IMG/VR virus record: IMGVR_UViG_3300009987_000001 | Span: 1-64,000 of that record | Reading direction: 5' to 3' (one strand) | DNA from: a virus | DNA: 64,000 nt | Part shown: positions 26,347 to 33,496 of the stretch, in pieces | Position numbering within the stretch: the stretch's first letter is position 1 | Layout of the letters: every line of letters begins with the position of its first letter | The notes under the pieces: model-generated | Databases searched by the model: none | The model's input: only the letters and a program-made list of their open reading frames with translations | What the model was told of the DNA's origin: nothing | Translations under genes and position numbers: made by a program

Positions 26347-26392
26347 GGCTTGCGCGTTGCCCACTGGCGCCAGTGGGCAATTCGGAATCCTA
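26345..26392 (+). repeat. Intercistronic long-hairpin element, copy 8
   Basis: GAGGCTTGCGCG / TTGCCCACTG-GCGC-CAGTGGGCAA / TTCGGAATCCTA. Confidence 0.85.
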
Positions 26393-26408
26393 ACGCATAG
26401 GGTGTGCA

Positions 26409-26552
26409 ATGAAGATCGTTGTGTATAGAGATGACGGAACTGTCATAGACAGTTTCGAAGGTGTGTTTGCAACCGACGCCAGGCCAGAGTCACTCTTCTG
26501 GCAGGCGATGCTCTCTTGGCTGCTAAAGACTGTAAAACGAGGTGAAAAATGA
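26409..26552 (+). CDS. Possible 47-aa early protein
   Basis: ATG lies 17 nt after element 8. MKIVVYRDDGTVIDSFEGVF... Its stop overlaps the next ATG as ATGA. Below the track cutoff. Confidence 0.45.
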   Translation: MKIVVYRDDGTVIDSFEGVFATDARPESLFWQAMLSWLLKTVKRGEK

Positions 26553-26824
26553 TCAGTGTTGACGCCGCAAAGACTCGACTCGAGCTCGAGGGAGGCGCGC
26601 GTATCGGCGCCATCATGCGCCGCGCAGACGAGACTGCAGCTGATGCTGTCATGTCTGTGATCGCGGCTCAAAAACAAGTGTGGACGCGCGACGAATGGAC
26701 AACCGGATCCATCGCGCCATACGCGACGCTGAATGGCTGCTCGCACCTGATGACGTCATCACCATTCGCGAGCGCTCGCAGGAGGACGGCTAGGAGGCGC
26801 GAGGGTCGGCCGTTACCTAGGTAG
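26549..26824 (+). CDS. Hypothetical early protein (3' end doubtful)
   Basis: The N-terminal ~50 aa look coding, but the Arg-rich tail runs into the 26801-26836 palindrome. An alternative 32-aa ORF 26695..26793 (MDNRIHRAIRDAEWLLAPDDVITIRERSQEDG) stops just before the palindrome. Confidence 0.35.
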   Translation: MISVDAAKTRLELEGGARIGAIMRRADETAADAVMSVIAAQKQVWTRDEWTTGSIAPYATLNGCSHLMTSSPFASARRRTARRREGRPLPR

Positions 26825-26836
26825 CGGTCGACCCTC
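26801..26836 (+). terminator. 36-nt near-perfect palindrome / strong stem-loop closing the early operon
   Basis: GAGGGTCGGCCGTTACCTAGGTAGCGGTCGACCCTC. All 18 mirror positions pair (two G.T on the + strand). No U tract. Confidence 0.4.
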
Positions 26837-26873
26837 GATCGCGTCCCTGGCGCGTGCTCCGTTCGCCTGGCAC
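26836..26873 (+). repeat. 38-nt direct repeat, copy 1
   Basis: CGATCGCGTCCCTGGCGCGTGCTCCGTTCGCCTGGCAC. About 30 of 38 positions are identical to 26957-26994. Confidence 0.6.
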
Positions 26874-26956
26874 ATAACCTAGCGTGTGCCCTGGCTTCCT
26901 ATAACGCGATTAGAGACGACCTCACCGCTACTGGCACCTACCCAGCGGGTTAGACC

Positions 26957-26994
26957 CGATCGCATCCCTGGCGCCTCCAGGTTTCGTCTGGCAC
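26957..26994 (+). repeat. 38-nt direct repeat, copy 2
   Basis: CGATCGCATCCCTGGCGCCTCCAGGTTTCGTCTGGCAC. A third CCCTGGCGC occurs near 27042. Confidence 0.6.
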
Positions 26995-27328
26995 GATTCC
27001 CGGCCATGACACACCAAAACACCAGATTGATACACCGAGCCCTGGCGCTCGATGACACGCCGCTCGAGCAGACGGTCCCGTTTACCGCACCCCACACACG
27101 CTGGTGGATGTGGACCAAATGCGAGCTTTCAGATGTTTTTCAAAGCCTTACGATCGAATCGGATTCCGGGGTGGATTTTGACCAAACCCACCACACCCCT
27201 CTACTAAGTGACGAATTTCCCTGCCGCTTCAGCGAGTTGAGTGAGTGGTAAAAATGGGACGTCGAAATAACCACACCCGCGACTTTTCTCAATGAAATCA
27301 AATCCAAACCTGTTGTTTTTCGATCCAG

Positions 27329-27345
27329 GGTGGATTAGGTGGATT
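27329..27345 (+). repeat. Iteron pair GGTGGATT-A-GGTGGATT
   Basis: Tandem copies at 27329-36 and 27338-45. A further copy lies at 27170-77. Confidence 0.6.
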
Positions 27346-27449
27346 TGTGGCTGGCATCCATATACAGGGGAAGATTTTTTCTCTCCTGTATATCCATACA
27401 TAGAAAAAAAAATCTTCTCTACGTAAGAAGGGGATCCAGGTTTCCACCT

Positions 27450-27466
27450 AATCCACCTAATCCACC
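27450..27466 (-). repeat. Iteron pair in inverse orientation (AATCCACC-T-AATCCACC)
   Basis: Copies at 27450-57 and 27459-66, a partial TTTCCACC at 27441-48, and another AATCCACC at 27769-76. Confidence 0.6.
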
Positions 27467-27507
27467 ATTGACACGCGTAACTACCATGTTTTTTATAGCG
27501 ATTCATC

Positions 27508-27516
27508 TGTGGATAA
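27508..27516 (-). promoter_or_regulatory. Consensus DnaA box (TTATCCACA on the minus strand)
   Basis: TGTGGATAA at 27508-27516. Weaker matches are TTATCCAGC (~27555) and ATATCCATA (~27390). Confidence 0.55.
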
Positions 27517-27587
27517 CTTTTTTTCGATTGTTGGAACATATTCCGGCAGGTATTTTATCCAGCAGTTGATTTCATTGAAGAAAAAGG

Positions 27588-27611
27588 GGTGGAAAGTTGG
27601 GTGGAAAGTTG
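27588..27611 (+). repeat. Tandem 12-bp repeat GGTGGAAAGTTG x2
   Basis: 27588-27599 and 27600-27611, followed by GATTTG. An iteron variant. Confidence 0.6.
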
Positions 27612-27737
27612 GATTTGTCCTACAGTCGATTTTCTTTACACTCCGCAACTGCGTCACACTTTCGACAAAAAGTTGCTTCCTTGTCGGTTTAACCGCAGTT
27701 AAAGTGCGCGGCGGGTCAACCACAAACGGAGCACGAT

Positions 27738-28736
27738 ATGTGCGCACCATCTGAGAATCTTTCCACCAAATCCACCCCAGTCGCAGAGTGGGTCAGCCTT
27801 CAGGGACGAGTCGGCGAGACAGGTTATGTCCGTCCGGGCGAGCCTTGGTTCTTTGGTACTGGCGTATTGAGACCGCTCGTGCCTCACCAGGTCAGTCTCG
27901 AACTCGACTCCTGCAACATGATTCGCATCGATTCAGACGTCACGCTCGAGCCTTACGTTCGCATCTATAAAGGCGTCACAGTCAAGCGCGGCGCGTTTAT
28001 TGGCAGTAGCACCACTCTCTTCACAGGCGCATTCATTGGTCAGGGTGCGCACATCGGCTTGACATGTCACATAGGCCGGGGAGCGAGAATTCCTCCCGGC
28101 ACTTTCATTCCGAGCTACTCAACTGTGCCAGCCCGCACGACCTGGGTCCAAATGCTCGGCAGAGAGCGTCGCGGCTACCCGGTACTTCTCGCGCGTGTGG
28201 CAGTGACACAGGAAGAGATCGGTGAAATGCATGTTGACGAGCGCCGCCTATTGCGCTCCGACGGCGAAGGAACCCACCACTACTATGTGATCTCGGCCGG
28301 ATGCCGGCTGATGACGTTACCGCAAGCACTGCAGCACTGGGGTGACGACTACAACGGTGCACCGCGCGACGCTCGCTTCATGCGAGTGATCCTCCGGAAC
28401 ATCGGCGAGATACTGTATGAACTCGAGGGCGAGTTCTACGACACCAATCTGATGCTGTCGATTCGGCGACCGCATCACCTACCGCAAGTGCTGTCATTTG
28501 ACGGATCGCCGCCCGAACCGCTCGTGAGAGTTTCGGGACTCGAAGTGTTGGCACCTCCGATCATCGCCTCCGCCCCCAGAGTCTCAAGCGAAGCCGGCCC
28601 GGAGCTTGCAGCAGTCGACTGCCCGGCACCCGAGTGCACGCCCACCGTCGAGATCGAAGACCAGATGCAAGAGAGCATCCGGAACAATCGATTCAACGAA
28701 GAGCTCGACACCAAACTCGAACAGCTCGGCTGCTGA
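27738..28736 (+). CDS. Left-handed beta-helix (hexapeptide-repeat) protein with a C-terminal AGCR..T..QAL.HWG motif
   Basis: Six consecutive hexads IGSSTT LFTGAF IGQGAH IGLTCH IGRGAR IPPGTF. The start is uncertain: ATG 27918 (MIRIDSD) would avoid the iteron at 27761-76. Confidence 0.55.
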   Translation: MCAPSENLSTKSTPVAEWVSLQGRVGETGYVRPGEPWFFGTGVLRPLVPHQVSLELDSCNMIRIDSDVTLEPYVRIYKGVTVKRGAFIGSSTTLFTGAFIGQGAHIGLTCHIGRGARIPPGTFIPSYSTVPARTTWVQMLGRERRGYPVLLARVAVTQEEIGEMHVDERRLLRSDGEGTHHYYVISAGCRLMTLPQALQHWGDDYNGAPRDARFMRVILRNIGEILYELEGEFYDTNLMLSIRRPHHLPQVLSFDGSPPEPLVRVSGLEVLAPPIIASAPRVSSEAGPELAAVDCPAPECTPTVEIEDQMQESIRNNRFNEELDTKLEQLGC

Positions 28737-28767
28737 TTCACACCATCCTCGTCCTTGCCCCTCGTGT

Positions 28768-28791
28768 TGCCTCCTACATATGTAGGAGGCA
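28768..28791. promoter_or_regulatory. Perfect 24-bp palindrome
   Basis: TGCCTCCTACATATGTAGGAGGCA lies between 27738..28736 and 28828..30159. No U tract. Confidence 0.4.
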
Positions 28792-28827
28792 CACATTCGC
28801 ACAACCACACCATAGGAGACATACACG

Positions 28828-30159
28828 ATGCCTGAAACCGCAATACGCAACCATCAACTGGAAGCCTACGCAGCAGCGACACCGCCACAGCAACCGAAAG
28901 GGCCAGCACAACGTATTACGCGCTGGCGATTCACGAGCCGGCCTAACAACCCTTCCAATGTCCTGCGCATCTTGAGCGAAGCCACTCAAGATGGTGCCGA
29001 CATGGTGACCATCAGAGTCAACGGCAACACCGCATGGCCTAACAGTTGCTGGCTTCGAGCTCGGCATCCGACGTTGCGCTCCACTCGCCAGCTCGGGCCC
29101 TGGTACCGGTATGACATTGCCAAATACGACCAGCTTCGTGAATGGCTCGTGAGTCACGTCAACGCCCAGTACTGGACATACCCAAGCGCCGGCCAGCTCA
29201 AGTTCCAACCGTATCAAATCGAGGTGGAAGCAATCACCTTGCCGCGTCGCGCACGCCGTTGGGTCCCTCCCGTCGGCGAGCTGTTCACGGTGAAGGACAC
29301 GCCCACTCACCTCGTGACGAACAGCCAGCGCAAACGCGGCTTGCAAAATCCGTCGGAAGCGCATCAGCCGTTCCGGTGCATCGAGCAGACCGACGAGCTC
29401 GTTCGTTGTATTGATGCGAAGGGCATGCCGGGCGCGTTCACCTACTCGGTGAACTTTGAGAAGTACCAGGAGCCGAGCAAGCTCGACACTGTTGCACCAG
29501 CTGCAACGCCACAGCAGACAGAAGAAACAGCGCCAGCGACACAACAGGAATTCAGCGTGAGTCCTTCGAGTATCGATGCTGCACTTTTCGTGACCTGCGA
29601 CCATTGCAAGTTCCCAGCGGCGCAGCACGGCGGCAAGCAGCACAGTAAGCAGGACTTGTTCAACGTCGGTGATGTCGTGGTGAACGAGTTCACTAAGCAA
29701 CGGTATCGATGCATCGGCGGGTACACCAACAATCACCTCGGCAATGTTCACACACTCGTGGACTTCTCGCAGGAAGAGCACGACCCGAACCGCGGCACGA
29801 TACATCAGGTGTTCGTGTCTCTCGATGAGGTGCATCGAGAAAAGATGCCGGGCCTGCTCACCGCGCATACCTTGATCCGGTCGGTGCAGCCGAAGACGTT
29901 CCTGAAGCCGGTACCGAACACTCAGACGCGTTTCGCTCGTTGGATGCCAGTGCCAGGCGAACAATACCGCGTGTTCAACCATCTGAGCGGTATGATGAGC
30001 AGCGAGATAACGTTGCTCGGCTACAAGTACGTTGAGACAACGACTCAACAACGTGAGCTGATCCTCAGTTACATGTACAACGGATCGAAGCTCATCAACG
30101 AAACCAAGTTGACGAACTTCGCGAAAGCCTCATTTCTGGCGAAGGAGCCACGCACCTAG
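28828..30159 (+). CDS. Hypothetical protein (443 aa)
   Basis: Co-directional with its neighbours, AGGAG 8 nt upstream, balanced composition. The antisense ORF 28774..30051 is Arg/Leu/His/Cys-rich, typical of a shadow. Confidence 0.6.
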   Translation: MPETAIRNHQLEAYAAATPPQQPKGPAQRITRWRFTSRPNNPSNVLRILSEATQDGADMVTIRVNGNTAWPNSCWLRARHPTLRSTRQLGPWYRYDIAKYDQLREWLVSHVNAQYWTYPSAGQLKFQPYQIEVEAITLPRRARRWVPPVGELFTVKDTPTHLVTNSQRKRGLQNPSEAHQPFRCIEQTDELVRCIDAKGMPGAFTYSVNFEKYQEPSKLDTVAPAATPQQTEETAPATQQEFSVSPSSIDAALFVTCDHCKFPAAQHGGKQHSKQDLFNVGDVVVNEFTKQRYRCIGGYTNNHLGNVHTLVDFSQEEHDPNRGTIHQVFVSLDEVHREKMPGLLTAHTLIRSVQPKTFLKPVPNTQTRFARWMPVPGEQYRVFNHLSGMMSSEITLLGYKYVETTTQQRELILSYMYNGSKLINETKLTNFAKASFLAKEPRT

Positions 30160-30160
30160 C

Positions 30161-30355
30161 ATGCCCAAGACTTCCTATCATGTTCGGCACCGTAACGGTG
30201 TCACGGTCGATTGGACAGCTGATCTGAGCGCGGCACGTGCCGCTGCCAGAGTCGAGCACGCACAACTTTTCACGGTAGTGGACGGCAAGCAGTTCTTGAC
30301 GGCACTACCCTCACCTGGAGGATCGGACGATGGCAACGGCCAAGAAAGCAAGTAA
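30161..30355 (+). CDS. Hypothetical small protein
   Basis: 64-aa ORF starting 2 nt after the previous stop. Confidence 0.5.
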   Translation: MPKTSYHVRHRNGVTVDWTADLSAARAAARVEHAQLFTVVDGKQFLTALPSPGGSDDGNGQESK

Positions 30356-30767
30356 GAAGTACAGTCGCAAGGCGGAGCTCGCGGCGCAGGCAGCAGCGAT
30401 AACCCGCAAGCGCAACGCGCTAATCAAATCGCTCGCCGAGTTCACGCAGTTTCAGCTGTCGGACACAGCACGGAGAGCCATCGACCGAGAGGGCCCTGTG
30501 AGGTTCGAGGGCGGGCGCGACAAGCGCAAATTCAACTATCACGCGCAGCTCGACAGCGCTGGAACACTCTTGATTCTGGCTGGTTGCCGTGAGTTCACGG
30601 CCGGCCAGGCATTGCGACACTGGGGCGGCAAGGACTACTACCAGTACTACTCGTCGCGAAACCTTCGTAAAGCAGCGAAAGAGCGCGGAGCAGCTAACGT
30701 CGAGCGCGTACTGCGGCTGTATCGGGCGGCGCAGCGCTGGATCAAGCAGGCCGAAAAGGCGCAATGA
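30330..30767 (+). CDS. Hypothetical protein sharing the AGCR..T..QAL.HWG motif
   Basis: GGAGG 8 nt upstream. LILAGCREFTAGQALRHWGGKDYY parallels VISAGCRLMTLPQALQHWGDDYN in 27738..28736. Confidence 0.6.
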   Translation: MATAKKASKKYSRKAELAAQAAAITRKRNALIKSLAEFTQFQLSDTARRAIDREGPVRFEGGRDKRKFNYHAQLDSAGTLLILAGCREFTAGQALRHWGGKDYYQYYSSRNLRKAAKERGAANVERVLRLYRAAQRWIKQAEKAQ

Positions 30768-31030
30768 GTCTCTGCCAGACATGCAAGGGTCGTGGGCAAA
30801 CGCGCGCGACCGAGACAGTGATGGTGCGGCGTGCGGAGCCGCTGTACGTCAAGTTCGTTGACGGGCCGACGCGCAAGATCTCGATGCGCACCATCAAGCA
30901 AGGATCAGGTTGTCCGGCATGCCTCGGCACGGGACACCAGCCGACAGCCGAGGAAGCCACGAACGAGATGGCAGCACTGATGAAGGTCGTGCCGCCGAAA
31001 ACCCAGCAACGCCGCCGACAAGCGGCTTGA
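30764..31030 (+). CDS. Small DnaJ-type zinc-finger protein
   Basis: CQTCKGRG and CPACLGTG (CxxCxGxG x2). ATGA overlap with the upstream gene. Confidence 0.6.
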   Translation: MSLCQTCKGRGQTRATETVMVRRAEPLYVKFVDGPTRKISMRTIKQGSGCPACLGTGHQPTAEEATNEMAALMKVVPPKTQQRRRQAA

Positions 31031-31108
31031 CCAATCACGGCCCGGTGTTTAGTCACCGGGCCTTGGAGGACCAACTGGTGCAGCAGACGATCGAACGAGC
31101 GAGAAAAC

Positions 31109-31312
31109 GTGCCGAATCCGACTCCGGCTAAGGTTGCAATAGACAGTCGTGTCTATAAGAACGTCGGCATCAGTGTCACGTACGACACTGCTGCCGAGTA
31201 TCCGTCGCAGGCAGATGTGAGTCAGATCCTGATCGATTTCGATGGTCCAAGTCCAAATGTCGAGATCACGACAGACGGACGAATCTATGTAAGATTTCCG
31301 TTGCAACGATAA
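31109..31312 (+). CDS. Hypothetical small protein
   Basis: 67-aa ORF with a GTG start and a weak RBS. Confidence 0.4.
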   Translation: MPNPTPAKVAIDSRVYKNVGISVTYDTAAEYPSQADVSQILIDFDGPSPNVEITTDGRIYVRFPLQR

Positions 31313-31368
31313 CGCAGACTCTATAAGATTCGTCCGTCGATCTTCTCACCTCAACCTAGGAGATTCCA

Positions 31369-31932
31369 ATGTCAGATAAATCCGGAAATCAGTATCCGCG
31401 CGTCTATCTGTGGGCCGCAGTGATCGTGTTCTGTGTGCTCATGTTTGCGTCGATGTGTTCCAAAGCGGAGGCAACGCCGCAGGTCGATGAGAACGGCGGC
31501 ATGAGCGAGGCCCGCAGCGTGCGCATCGACGTCGAAGCCGGGTACACGGTATTCCGCGCATCCGCGCCGCAGGTCGGCCTGACGCTCAGCTTCGAGGATC
31601 TCGTACCGGCGCCGATCCTCGGTCGTCTCGACTTGCAGGTCGGTATCGGTTACATCGCGCCGTACGAATACAAAGGCGAGCTTGGTGAAGAGCAGCGCTA
31701 CGTCCAATCGCTACTCGTCTGGAGCTTCGGCCGCTTGGATCTCGGCGCTGGTGGCGTGTATCTCGATCACAACGACCGGATCAACGGCAGCAATGCCAAC
31801 TTCTCGCTGTTGGCTGCCGTACGCTTCGGTCAGAACAACCTTTGGAAAGCGTCGCTCCGGCACTTCTCGAACGCCGGAACCAAGATGCCCAACTTGGGCA
31901 GGGACATCTTGATCCTGACGCGCAGCTTCTGA
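31369..31932 (+). CDS. pagL: PagL-like lipid A 3-O-deacylase / acyloxyacyl hydrolase with signal anchor
   Basis: The C-terminal RHFSNAGTKMPNLGRD matches the PagL catalytic block (HYSNAGLKQPNDG in Pseudomonas PagL, from memory). N-terminal hydrophobic segment LWAAVIVFCVLMFASMC. Beta-barrel-like alternating pattern. Confidence 0.75.
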   Translation: MSDKSGNQYPRVYLWAAVIVFCVLMFASMCSKAEATPQVDENGGMSEARSVRIDVEAGYTVFRASAPQVGLTLSFEDLVPAPILGRLDLQVGIGYIAPYEYKGELGEEQRYVQSLLVWSFGRLDLGAGGVYLDHNDRINGSNANFSLLAAVRFGQNNLWKASLRHFSNAGTKMPNLGRDILILTRSF

Positions 31933-31982
31933 CAATAACGCTCAAACCAAAACCAATCGTCCTATCCATTCAAGGAGTATCC

Positions 31983-33083
31983 ATGGAACTTTTCCCTACT
32001 TTGCAGCGCGCCGTGACTTTCACGGTGAGCTGCGTCCCTGCCGTTGGTGCCGAGTATGAGGCGCAAACTGAGACATCTGAGGCAATCGATGTCGAGCAAG
32101 CGTTGCTCCTGAAGGAGCACATCGGCATCGACGTCCCGACTGTCGCGCTCAAGAGCCTGATGAGCAGGCTTCAAGGGCGCCACGTCCAGCAGCTCGAGAA
32201 ACACGGAATCCCGCGGCCGACGCTGGCCGATGGCAAGTGGTCCTATGATCCGCGTATCCTTCAGGTGCTGGATCACTGGGAGATCAAGATGAAGATCGAG
32301 ATCTTCGATGGAGAAACCGTCGAAGTCGCGCAGAACCTGAGTGCCGCTGAGTTCTTCAGCGACGCGAAGTATCCGTCCATGGCGGAGGCGTTCAACACCC
32401 TGATCAACGATCTCATCCAGCGTACCGATGCGGCGCTGCGTCGGATGCTCGACAAGCAGGACGCGCAGGCTAGACAGGGCACGTACTGGGAACTGGAAGT
32501 GACCGCCATTCCTGACTACTGCGTGCGGCCGAAGAGCGATCATCCGGTCATACAGCGAAGCGCCAAGAGCCGGCCGCTGTCTTGGGATCGCTTCCTCGAG
32601 TTCGTGAACGCCGGCTATGATCCGCTGGCCGAGCTCCTGGTGCTCACGTATCAGGATTTCTCCAAGTTAGAGTATGACTTCCACGAGAAGCACGGCCTGA
32701 CAGAGCTGCGCGTCGAGGATCGCGTTCCGACCGACGAGGAGTTCGCAGACTACGCTGCGGTGGCGTCACAGCAGCGGCTGAAGCTGCGACTGGTGGACAA
32801 CACCGGCGCTGTGTACGTGAGCAACGTGCAGTACTTCATCAAGGACGCAATTCTGCTCGGCGATAACAACTTCTTCGGCCTGCAGTACGAGCGGCTGCGC
32901 GAGGAGCTGACGCAAACAGTGGCGCTCGACAACTCGCACAACCCGACGTTCGTCGAGGCGACGCGTTACGTACCGGTTGACGAGCTGCAGAAGCGGCGTG
33001 CCGAAGCACCATCTAGCGACGGGATCAAGTTCACTTCGCTCATCCTGCCGGCATCGGCGCTGGAACACATCAAGGCGAACTAA
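31983..33083 (+). CDS. Hypothetical protein (366 aa)
   Basis: ATG 31983 with AAGGAG 6 nt upstream. The track ORF 31842 start would overlap pagL. Confidence 0.6.
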   Translation: MELFPTLQRAVTFTVSCVPAVGAEYEAQTETSEAIDVEQALLLKEHIGIDVPTVALKSLMSRLQGRHVQQLEKHGIPRPTLADGKWSYDPRILQVLDHWEIKMKIEIFDGETVEVAQNLSAAEFFSDAKYPSMAEAFNTLINDLIQRTDAALRRMLDKQDAQARQGTYWELEVTAIPDYCVRPKSDHPVIQRSAKSRPLSWDRFLEFVNAGYDPLAELLVLTYQDFSKLEYDFHEKHGLTELRVEDRVPTDEEFADYAAVASQQRLKLRLVDNTGAVYVSNVQYFIKDAILLGDNNFFGLQYERLREELTQTVALDNSHNPTFVEATRYVPVDELQKRRAEAPSSDGIKFTSLILPASALEHIKAN

Positions 33084-33085
33084 CC

Positions 33086-33496
33086 ATGAACCCCAGCATG
33101 CAGTTAAGCGTGCAGGTCGTATCGACGGGCGATGCGCCCGTCGATCTTCCGCAGCGACGAGCCACGCAGTCGTTGGACGTGCGTGAGTTGTTGACAGCTC
33201 GCATTGCCGGCATCGATATGCTGCTTGTTTCGTTCGGCGAGCTCTTGATGCAACTCGATGCGGCGAACGTCAAGATCAAGAAGGAGCACGGCGGGAAAGC
33301 GTTCGCCAGGGGCGTGCAGATCGAAATGAGCTGCACTGACCGCAAAGCCCGGCAGGTCATCGACTCTGAGTTCGTGGTCGTCAACGAAGGGAGCAAAGGC
33401 ACTGATCTCTTGGATGCCTTCACCCGTCTGCGGCAACGGCTGGCTCGGGAGATGTTGGTCCTGTTGTCCGGTCGGGCGTTGACTCAGACGGCATGA
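33086..33496 (+). CDS. Hypothetical protein
   Basis: 136-aa ORF starting 2 nt after the previous stop. Confidence 0.55.
   Translation: MNPSMQLSVQVVSTGDAPVDLPQRRATQSLDVRELLTARIAGIDMLLVSFGELLMQLDAANVKIKKEHGGKAFARGVQIEMSCTDRKARQVIDSEFVVVNEGSKGTDLLDAFTRLRQRLAREMLVLLSGRALTQTA

Larger units (their letters stand above)
27160..27790. other. Putative origin of replication (iterons, DnaA box, A/T tracts)
   Basis: The region is visibly AT-richer and has no convincing ORF. GGTGGATT or GGTGGAAA motifs occur in both orientations. It also has a consensus DnaA box, an A9 tract and an 11-bp inverted GAAGATTTTTT / AAAAAATCTTC pair (27370-27418). Confidence 0.55.

Noticed and set aside
20603-26392. Reading the repeated hairpin elements as a CRISPR array
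   Set aside because: The 'spacers' are 200-1200 bp protein-coding genes of unequal length, the repeats are not identical, and no cas genes are present.
20603-26392. Reading the hairpin elements as sigma70 promoters, classical intrinsic terminators or N4-type DNA hairpin promoters
   Set aside because: TTGCGC and TTGCCC have no -10 partner at 16-18 nt, and no U tract follows the stem. The G.T wobble positions sit on the sense strand, so the template strand would carry A.C mismatches, which is opposite to an N4-like template-strand hairpin.
26886-27251. 121-aa + ORF spanning the direct repeats and the first iteron
   Set aside because: It covers the repeat array and the origin-like sequence, is Arg/Pro/Thr-rich at its N-terminus and has no RBS. 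An internal 81-aa version from ATG 27006 cannot be excluded.
28774-30051. 425-aa minus-strand ORF opposite 28828..30159
   Set aside because: It has shadow-like composition (R, L, H, C rich) and is antiparallel to every neighbour. The + ORF has an RBS and balanced composition. Confidence in this choice is moderate only.
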